Below are positions 12,004-27,005 of a stretch of 64,000 bases of DNA, piece after piece. The DNA is from Ramazzottius varieornatus. Taxonomy: Eukaryota > Animalia > Tardigrada. The position numbers and the translations under genes were made by a program. The notes under the pieces are model-generated. The model was not told the DNA's origin, did no database searches, and was given only the letters and a program-made list of their open reading frames with translations. The stretch covers positions 3,159,826 to 3,223,825 of the forward strand of contig BDGG01000002.1 in the NCBI GenBank assembly GCA_001949185.1. The letters are read 5' to 3'. The first letter of the stretch is position 1. Each line of letters starts with the position of its first letter.

Positions 12004-12392
12004 ACCAACGATACAATAGACGTGCGCTATTACATGGGTTGATGAGACATTGGCAATTGAATTCACTCACATCGTCGCTTCAAGTGGCGCACGTTCATGT
12101 TGCTATTGGCTGAAAACGTGCGCCATTGGAAGAAACGATCTGGGGGGTGATTCATCTCCCGAAGTCCCACATCGCACCGAGGTAGTTCGATCTGGTAGCG
12201 GTCGAGTGTCTGAGCACTATCTAACCGAACGTGCTTTGATTTTGATTTCCAAATGAACGCTATGGACTATTCTTCGAATCTGTAAAAATACTTTCTGGAC
12301 ATTAGACAAGCAAAGGTAAAGCTACTGAGAGAAACTTCGAAAAGAAACGGATATCTCCACCATTTTCCGAGAATCCTGAAGGTCGTGCTTCT

Positions 12393-17131
<4,739 letters not shown>

Positions 17132-18099
17132 TTGTGCGGGCCAGAGCACAACCTTGGGCTTGCTCCAGCCAAGTACGCACTTCCGATCTCAGGAATGGCG
17201 GTCTCAGGGAACACAATCAATTACAGTGTAGGAGCAGGCCGTCTGGCCGTCACGGACCCAACGAAGCGTAACCCAGAACTACGAGTCAACAACATCCTTG
17301 ACATATCTCTTCCCATTCCTCCTGGCGCTCATACATCATTCCAATCCATACCACCAGCGCGCGAGAGACCATCACAATAAAGGATTACACTGCTTTTTAT
17401 CTAGGGCAATATTGACGTCTTTTGCACACACCGCATATTACCCAACAAAACCTATCACCAACAAAAATATTCCGTACAAATCCGGAAGTTGAATGTTGGA
17501 GCAAGCATAGGAAATACGATATGACGGATCAAGTTCGAACCATCCTACGCTTCAATTAACTCCTCTACATACACTACGGTGACTGTCATCAACTGGTGTT
17601 CCTCGACAGAAGGCAATTTACCAGGGAAAGAGAGAAGTGCCAGAGTAAATATGTGCAGTGTGGTTACACTGACTTGTATCCAAAAAGAGAAAGATTTGCC
17701 GCGGATGCGGATCGACCTAACCCTTCATCCTCCTCTGTGTACGTACGGCAAAGACTGACTTGCGTTAGGATTGACTGCTGTGATCCTATCATGGCACTCT
17801 GTTCAATCTGCTTCCCATTCATTCAACGCTAAGCGTGATAATGTCACAGTACAGCCTAGGGCTCTTCCTCTTCCGCGCGCAACATCCTTGTTGTCAGTCT
17901 CTCGGTGCATGGTGTGCTCCGTAACGGCCTACACAGTAGCGGGGAAGGTTGTGTGGTGCAGTACGGCTCTTTGGTACGATCATTGGCCGGATTTAATAGT
18001 CACTCACTGCAAGCACGCATAGTGTATCCACAGTGCTCAATTCCGATTGCACAGAACCGAATCTGTCATTTTACAGTACGAGTCGTTTTACATCGTACA

Positions 18100-18337
18100 T
18101 TATATGGGCTGTGGGCAAGGTTCCTCAAAAGTCTGGGGTCACAGCGTAGAGGCACAGCTGATGAAATTTTCGTAGGGCAAGGGAAGATTTCGGGTTTTTC
18201 TTGAAAATTCTCGGCCTCCACATGGCAAGCCCCGACCCCTACCCTTGGGCTGCCCTGCCCCCTGCCGAAATTTCCTCGACTATGCCTCTACGCCGGAACC
18301 GCAGACTTCTGAAGAACTTTGCTCAGACTCCATATAA
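18100..18337. mobile_element. Foldback MITE
   Basis: TTATATGGGCTGTGGGCAAGGTTCCTCAAAAGTCTG...GCGTAGAGGCA pairs with TGCCTCTACGC...CAGACTTCTGAAGAACTTTGCTCAGACTCCATATAA. Confidence 0.75.
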
Positions 18338-18481
18338 TCGTCAAGTGCTGCAGACATAATGCCATCTCTTCCCACCGAACAAAGAAAACTGGAATTGGAA
18401 TATCCTAGAGTTCAGTAAGGGGTGAAGTCCGGACACAGCAAGAAGTCATGCGTACAGTCAGCATGATCACAGTATGGCTGG

Positions 18482-19208
18482 TAAGGTTGTAAATTCCAGG
18501 CCGAATACCCGTGGAATGGAAAATCGGAAAGGAATTCCTAATATTCCTATATTCCTATTTCCTTCTCCAGAAGGTCCTCGCAAAAATCTGGAATTCCAAA
18601 GTCCCATTTGCCAGTTTAGTTCTTTTCACATACTGTAAATATTCGCTGCGTCCGCGCAGTACGTACACGTACGTGACGATGCGCCCCCGTAGGGGGTTGC
18701 GAAATCCGTGAAACCGGACCGGGGCTGTACTTCACTTGACGTCCTCCGCGGACGCAGCGAAAATTTACAATACCCATCTCAAACAATAAACATGATCTGA
18801 AGTCATAAAAAAAATTGGTTTTGAGACTGAAAGCCAGCTGGAGATTGGCAGATCTGAACTTTCGGTTTTGTCGGACCTGAAAGTCCAAGGGAAAATCAAG
18901 GACTTACGCACAGTTGAATGCGCCGCATACTTTAGTGCGACGGATCGAAAATGCTATTGGTCGTTCAACTGAACGACCAATTAGCCTCAGTGGTACGCAT
19001 GTGTGAGCCAGCAAGGGGTTCAGTTTTTCGACAGGATCTGCTGGATCTTCGACTGTTCACTTCGTGGAATTCCTAAATTTCCTCCGATTTTTGCTAGCTT
19101 TCCAAACCGGAATTCCACCGTTCCTAACGACTACCCCTCGGAACGGAACGGAATTGCAGGAATGGAACGGAATTTGGAAAGGAATGGAATTAGGAATTTA
19201 CAACCTTA
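18482..19208. mobile_element. hAT-like MITE with GGAAT/ATTCC subterminal repeats
   Basis: TIRs TAAGGTTGTAAATTCC / GGAATTTACAACCTTA. Perfect 8-bp TSD ATGGCTGG at 18474-18481 and 19209-19216. Confidence 0.9.
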
Positions 19209-19448
19209 ATGGCTGGTATACTATAGAACAAACAACCAAGCCGGAATTCAACGTTGAAGGTCTGCAGCGGAGAGCTTTGCTGTGCGAGGGGCAGCCAACA
19301 GAGCAAACGCTGATGTGCGGAAAATGCTGTCTTTGAGTCTGTTTCCCGAACGCCCACATTTGCTCCAGCATCGAAGCCCGGTGAGATTTGAAGGTTAGAC
19401 TATAGTGTACTGTGATGACAAGGTACGATTGACGCTTTAACTCATACC

Positions 19449-20962
19449 CATAGGTTCCCAGGATTAAATTTAACTTGTGCAGAAGAGGTAAGCCGGATAT
19501 ACGTCCGAAGCCCTTTCGTAATCGTTACTTATGTCCTTTGATCACGTGAATGTGACTGCTTTCCGCCCTACCGCTGAAAAGATAAGGGTTTTCGCGTCAA
19601 CAGTTTACCACTGGGCTTTGACCGATGAAAATGATGTCCGATCTTTCTTTAGCGTTGCTGAATTGTCTGCTCCGCACCATAGGTTCCCAGGATTGAATTT
19701 AATTTGTGCAGAAGAGGTAAGCCGGATATACGTCATCAGTTTTCGACCAATGGGAAGAAACAAATGGATTCTTCCGGGTGTCTTGATGCAGGTCGATAGT
19801 ACATGGTTCCTGAGGTGTAGGAAAAAAGAATCGAGCCGATCTGACGGTTAACTACACTTCAATGACCGGCCAAATGTTGTCGACTGGTGAAGCGTGAAAT
19901 CCGTCTTACTATATGTTCACGGTGCTCGCTCGCGCACTCATAACGTAACCTCGAGAATGTAGGTAGTCGTTACTGAAGGAAAGAGTAAAGCCGCTGGAAG
20001 TGAACAAAGCTACACTGAACGCATGGTCAGCTTTGTTGGCGCATGGCAACACCTAAGCCAGTCTTTTTCTTGCACGTAGCTGTGAAAATATACGAAAGTG
20101 AACTAGTCGAAAGCTGTAAGAGCAAGCAAGATGCAAATCCAGAAGATTCTGGCAGGTTCGCTCAGATTTTCACGATGTTTGTATTCAGTCCTGGTTTGCT
20201 CGCAATGCCATAACGAGAATTCGAATAACAACTTCTTGTTTCAAAAATTATGTTTTAATCGACTTGTGAATTTTAGTGTGTCTGGATATCAGAGAAACGG
20301 GGAATAATCTTATGTTATCATCAGACATAATATGGAAATCCGAAACGATAAAATTCTGTAGAGATTTGTTAAGAGCTGTTTCCATAATGAAAGCGTGCTT
20401 ATCAGTGAAAGCAGCGGATTTGTGAAAGTGCTTGCCAATAACAAATGGACGCGGAGTTAATACTCAAGCCTCTTGGACAGAAAAATTTGCGTTCGTTTGG
20501 CACTAATACCAGTACTTTTTTTGTAATGAGTAACTATGCAGTATCTGCTTTGCTCTGTGAAACCGAACTTGTCATGCTGAAGCGTTCAGCTCGATCCAGT
20601 GCGTCGGTATTGCTCATTGTCGCTTGTCGCGTAACGGGTAACATGAAGATGCGCAGTGCTGTTGTTGATAAGTTTAATTATGTACAGGAAAACTAACCTT
20701 ATAATACCATGATCCTGATTATAAGCACAGAAGGCTACACTGAGACACTATACCGTTTGGGAATAGTCGACCGGTCTTTAAAGTGTATTTAACCGTCAGA
20801 TCGGCTCGATTCTTTTTTCCTACACCTCAGGAACCATGCACTATCGACCTGCATCAAGACACCCGGAAGAATCCATTTTTTCTTCCCATTGGTCGAAAAA
20901 ATGATGACGTATATCCAGCTTACCTCTTCTGCACAAATTAATTGCAGTCCTGGGAACCTATG
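19449..20962. mobile_element. Composite hAT-like element (copy 2) carrying a captured host exon fragment
   Basis: Structure: partial left TIR 19449-19505, then a copy of host 1078-1252 at 19503-19677, then a near-identical copy of element 1253-2545 at 19678-20962. Flanks are CTCATACC / C(AG)TCATACC. Confidence 0.9.
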
Positions 20963-21341
20963 CAGTCATACCCAACGCCGGTTTTGAGTCTGGCCGTACA
21001 CGAAGTTGTCGGACACTCGTATTCGCAGACTAAGATGGTATCAGATCAAGACCCTATCAAGCGACTTCGAAGACTTGGATACAAGTGTCAGTATTGTGTG
21101 GTCTTGTGCAACCGGAAGACTGCTGCCCTTCTGATCCCACTATCACAAAACTATCGTCACATCAAACTCTTATCGCAATACGGTATGCAGCTTTTCACAT
21201 TCGGAAAATTATTTGAAACTGTGAAAACTCCTTAATGCAAATGAACAATAGGACTTCCCGAGAAGTCACACTGAAGAATAGAAATGGCTCTAAATCACGA
21301 CTTGCTTTGTAAACTGATTTTCCTTAATCTCATCATCGGCT

Positions 21342-23499
21342 TCACTGGATAACTTCAGGCAAGACTTCCATGACGAGTACCTGGTGCCCGCGCACCAGCG
21401 TTAACTGCACCGACGTGCTGCTTCGCTCCACCGCTTCGAAGACATCCTTCGTAGAGGTTATGTCTCGGCCATCTACACCGATCACGACATCTCCAGGTCG
21501 TATGCCAGCCCTAACAAATTAAACTGGTGGATTCACGCACCTATGAAATGCAGGTGGTAATCGAATATAACGTACTTGAACGCAGGAGAGTTTGAAAAGA
21601 CGTTATGGACGTACACGCCTCCTTGGACATTAGGGAATCGCCAACTCCTTTCGCGCAGAGCAGCAATGATGTCGGCAGTCAGCGTTAGCATTGTTAGGCC
21701 AAGGACTTTCCGCTGTTGCTGTGCCAGTCCTCGTGGACCTGCAGCAGGTTCTCCAGCACTCTTTCTCGAGAGCTTTGCTGCAATGAAACGATTACTTCAG
21801 AAACACCATTCGACACAAAAGAGCAGGCTACATTTTCACCTTTCTCGGCCTCGTCCACCTTGGCCAGAAATTCTTTGGCGTGGTCAATCGGAATGGCGAA
21901 CGAGATACCTTCTGTCAATTTCATTGTACTTATTCCTGCGACAGTCCATGTGTCCAAACATCAGTCAACATTTTCGATTCGAACAGACGAGATCTATTCT
22001 CATTCTATGCATTAAGTTTGATGCGAATGTACATACATGTACATACAATAGGGCTTACCTACAACATGTCCGTCCAGGTTGACCAGCGGCCCGCCGGAGT
22101 TTCCATGCTAGGTAAAAACCGATCGTAAAAGTGTTCGATAACAGTAGAAACGCAAAGAAGCCACGTACCGTGATCGCAGCATCCGTTTGGATGTATCGGA
22201 AAGTGTTGTGAGCCACAGCTGATCCGACACCCAGTTTGTGAGAAAGTTCCGTGCCGCCCCGAAAAGCGCTCACCACTCCTGTAAAAGAGTACAAACCGAG
22301 ACGTCAGCGACAAAATGACGGATGGATACAAGTCACCGTATAAATGAGACAACTGGCAGAAGAAAAGGCGGAGGATCATCCTACCGGTTGTCACACTGTT
22401 ATCCAGCGTCATGGGACTTCCGATTGCCACGACGTATTCTCCCATCCGAAGCTGCGACGAGCTTCCTAGTTTCAAGAACGGAAAATTTTTCTGTAAGGAT
22501 GTACCTGTATCAGCATTACAGTAAGAGCGAGAAGCTATAAGACTGCAGCATGAGTAGAACAATATACCCCGGTGATTTTGACCACAGCCAAGTCAGAAGC
22601 AACGTCCACATACAAGACATTTCCGTGCAGACGCTGTCCATCGCTCAGCTTCACTTCTACCTCTCGCCGTCCCGAAACCACATGTGCGTTCGTCTATAAT
22701 AATAACCGGACAGTTTCACCATAACATTCCAAAGTAAGACCGGAAGCATTGTGGTAACAGTAACTGATGGACTAGTGAAGGGAAACAAGCGGTACTGTAC
22801 AGTAAGCAACCATTCTCCAGATCCACACTAACTGCCGGAAACGTCATGGCGGACTCGTAACACAGCACATAACCAGCAGAACGTCATCCGCTGAGCATAC
22901 AAGTCAAAACAGGCTGATACACACGATACTCCAGAGTCTTGTCAGTCTTCTGACTCTTCTCTTACCAATATCAGTCCGTGCTCGCTGACCAGAAATCCAG
23001 AGCCATTGCTCATGACCGGGACTCCAAGCATTGCGTGTCTAAAACGGAAAAAGCATATCAAAAGAAGAACTGAGGACCGTTATTCTACGGTCAGCATGAT
23101 AATTTACCTGCCTGTAGCTTGGATGTACACAACGCCAGGGTTAATGGCTTCCACAACGTCCGCGATGAAGTTATGCGTCTTGCTCCTCGGTAGAGCATCT
23201 TCTAGGGCGCATACCTCCGCGATCGTCAGGTACGGTAGATGTCGTCTCGAACACACTAACAGAACAGCTGACGAAGTAAGACAAGCCCCAGCCGCCATCC
23301 ATCTCCACGATGTCGTCCACCTCAATGCTGTTTTCGGCCACCTCCCTCCTGAAGCATACAGCCTACCAGATCCACAGCAAATCCGGGGAGGCAAAAGAAA
23401 AGACGTTGAGGAGACTGCAGTGATGTTCACTGACCGGAAGTGATGGTACGATGTGCGCAAAGGAAGGTGCACATGCTGGCTGAAGATGCAAAACGCCAT
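21342..23499 (-). CDS. HTRA2: HtrA2/Omi mitochondrial serine protease (trypsin + PDZ), multi-exon
   Basis: N-terminal presequence-like and TM segment, then [20 protein letters not shown]|TNAHV (His), DLAVVKI (Asp), [19 protein letters not shown]|[13 protein letters not shown] (Ser), GISFAIP, and a PDZ with [14 protein letters not shown]. Ends EVLPEVIQ*. Confidence 0.93.
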
Positions 23500-24243
23500 T
23501 GGAGTCCGAAGAGCAGCAACTGTGGTTGCTCACTGCTCTGAAAAGCATAAAGTGCGCTTTTAATTGGATCCGATGGAAGGAACACAAAACTTTTACCGAG
23601 GTCCGTGACAGCTCCTGAGCCTCTCGTGCTTGTAGTGGAAAGTTGTCGGCACTGGTGACTGGTGAGTTGCTAAATCTTGCACTGCTTAGCTGATTGACAA
23701 CCAATACTGGACCGCAAGGTTTAGCAGCACATCAATGGTTGTCGGAAATCCAGAGCCTTCAACCAACGCCAAAGGGGGATTCACACTTCGTCAAACGGTT
23801 CGTCAGTATTCCGAACACGATTGGATCCGAAAGATGTTAGGCAAAAGGAAAATCAACGGGCGGAACAAGAAGCAGTCGCGCCAGTTGAGGTGGCTCCGCA
23901 ACTACGAGCGGAACCACCTCAACTGGCGCGACTGCTTCTTCCTGATGTTACCGACCGCGGGACAAGGTTATCTCGAGCCGGACTTCCGGCTGACGTTTTG
24001 GGCGACTGTGAATGCTGGATCAACCCATTTGTTGACGCAGAAGGCTTTCTCAAAAGCGGGAACGTAATGACAGCTCTTAATTATTTAATCATCAATTGAT
24101 AGCTGGTTCCACCCTGTAGCAATGCCAAACCGTTAAAACTCATCCAGAGAACAAAAGGCCCAAACAAGATGGATTAAAATGTCAAACAAAACGGAAGAAT
24201 CCTTGAGGTCCATTAATATCAAATTTGCAGCTCGAACAACGTC

Positions 24244-26509
24244 TTATGAACCCTCAGCGGAGTTTATTAGCGGAAACTGTTCCTCTTCATCGAGCTTATG
24301 CACCCACTTCCGCAGTCCGCTCTTCTCGACTGTCTGTTCGAAGATATCTCGAGCTTTCGCGTACTTGATCGACAGTTCTTTGGCTTGGGAGTACGTAAAG
24401 CTGCTGTGTTCCTCGCACTCTTCTCGAATGGACTTGATATGCGGCAAGTGAGGTTCCACAGCCTTCAGTTGCTCAAGAAAGACCTGGCTGAGGGACGCCT
24501 TGGCCACACTGGAGGTACTTCCGTCGCATTTACCCGACAGACTATCGACGACTTCGAACCTCTCTTCCAGATGTGGCGCACTCTGCATCCAGAAGAGCGC
24601 AGCACTGTGCTTGATTGTGTTCTGTCTCTTCTCTCCGACGGAACTTTGAAGAATCGCTGGAGTACCGAAGAGGAAGCCCAAGTCCTTCGAAGGAAACGAT
24701 GTGTAACGTCAACCAATACAATGAAAAGGTTTCATGTGCTTCAGGTCATATGCTACATAAGGTAGAATCAAGCGTGTGTGGTTTGACATCACAATACCTT
24801 TAGAGCTTCGATGTCCGTCACTTCCGGTTTCAGTCTTCCATACATGGCTCGCTCCATATGATCTCTATTGAACAAATGACCAACCACGATACTCTGTAAG
24901 TAAACAGGGTGGATTAGAAGAGAAAGTAGTGTCCCTTGGACACCAAGGACGTTCCTCTTTAACAACTTGTCGCTGCAGGACATGACCAGGAGTCTCTCGC
25001 CAACCAACATAGAGTCCCAGTGCTGCTTCCCGGAATGCCCATCAGGCACTAACACCCCACCCATCCCTGCTTCGATCTTTAGTCTGAGCTGCCCGCGACA
25101 CGAGCGAAGAGGGTGACCGTCGAAGCCTTCCTGATGGTCGCTCTGGCTGAACACGCGAGAATCACCACAAGGTGCGGAGGAAATGTACAGCGAAAACGAA
25201 ATGTCTGGCCGGATCTTGAGGCGGTTGGTGGCCCCGTCGAGGACCAGCACGCAACCACTCTTTCGGTATGCGGGCTCTTGGGAATCTTGACTGAAAGACC
25301 AGACTTGGATCTGCTCGGCCAGGAAGCGACGGAAGCCCCGAAGCGCGAGGATTTCGGCGTGGCAGTCCTTCACGGTCAAACCACGTAAGCTCTGTCAACC
25401 AAACAAAAACCAATCAATCGGCACTATCAGCAGGTGGTATTACTGTCAGGTCTTTTGCGTCTGATTAGTTTGCTGGGCTGCTTCCCATCAAGCCACAAAT
25501 CAGAGAAGATGAAAATTTTTCAACACAACGGCCGGATGTACTTTACCTGTTTCTCCGGTTCGATGCATTTCGTCCCAGTTCCCAGACTCACGCACTTCAT
25601 TTCTTCGGGGCTATGCAGAACGATGCCAGCCAGAACCGCGTACTTGCGATACGGTTCGGAAACTTGGTTTGCTTCGCAAATTTCGTTGAACTTCTGATGG
25701 ACGATCTCGGCAATTTCGTTCGCCAACGACGTCGCGCTGGAGTCTTCGCTCTTGCACACTCGCACAGGCGGAGGCTTTAGCGTCTCTGTAGGAGATGTGA
25801 TGCGGGTGCTTGGTATGTTAGTACTTATGGTTGTAGGACTGAAGATCTCACAGTCTGGGGATTTCTTCTGTTCAAAGATCCAGTTCAAGGCAAGCATGGA
25901 CGCAGCCAACTTGGCGATCTTCTTGGTCGTACCCTGTCCTGTGTACTCTCGCCCACACACCACCACACTCTGCGTCCACCACGTTTCTTCTTCACCTCTC
26001 CCCACTGACAAGTTTTCGGCAGGAGGCCATGTTAAGTAACGAGAGGTGATCGGTTCAGGAAAGACGTCGCAGAGAAGCGAGATGGGATTACGACAACCAT
26101 CGAGAACCTTGTTCTCATCTTCCGTCTGCAGCTTCTGATACCTGTCTTTCAGAGCATCTTGACGTTTGTATGGCAAACTACACCAGAACTCGAACAGTCT
26201 CCTTGTGCTCTCAGAAAGTTCGGGAAACGGTTGGCCTCTGGCTTCTTCCTGGTTTGTTGTAACGGTTCCGGTCATTTCAACGTCTGAATCGATAGGCGGA
26301 ACGGGAATGGTGTCCAGGTCTAAAGCGACAGGTACGTCGGGCGGAACGGATGTGGTGGGCTCTTCGGTGTCTGGTGGAATAGCAGCCGGAATAACGGGAT
26401 ATTCCTCATCTTCATCCCAGCCGTTCGCTCTGGCCTTCTCCAGCACATGCTTCCTGAACTTCCGGTAGTTGGAGTGCGGGTAGAACATCTTACGCTTTTG
26501 TGACTGCAT
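24244..26509 (-). CDS. ADAR2-like double-stranded RNA adenosine deaminase with one dsRBD (start codon uncertain; an upstream exon near 26780 is possible)
   Basis: dsRBD NPISLL...YTGQGTTKKIAKLAASMLAL. Deaminase motifs VLAGIV, SLGTGTKC|SLRGLTVKDCHAE, SAPCGDSRVFS, RGQLRLKIE, GERLLVMSCSDK, YSQAK and GLRKWVHK. Exons ~26509-25547, 25391-24798 and 24684-24244. Confidence 0.9.
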
Positions 26510-27005
26510 GTTCCTGTCCGGATGAACGTACAGTTGGCCAGACGGCGTCGAAATTAGTTGCTTCACTGAATGCCACAACACCTGGACACAAATCCACAAA
26601 GTTAATCAGCCTTGCTCTTAGCCTGATCGGTGTGCTTAACTTTTCCGCGGCAGCTGTGAGTTCCAACAATCTTCAGATACAATGAAAGATGAATGCGTCC
26701 GGCTATCACGAAGTTTACGGGAAAATCGGGAACGGAAAGAAAACGACCGACGGAGAAAAGAATGACAACACTCACAATAGGCATTGCGAAATACGGCTGA
26801 AGGGCAGGCGGATCGGAAAAGGCGTATTCTGTCACCGCTCCGTGGTTTTTCTGCCTACTGAGGATTGATTATTGATTGAGTGAGCCACCGGAAGTAAATT
26901 TGTTAACTTTTGTAGCCTGAGCAGAGAGTAAGGCCCGAGTCGACTCCTCTCCGGCATATTCCTATGGGCTTTTCTGTGGTATCCTTGTAAACTCCGAATC
27001 ACAGA

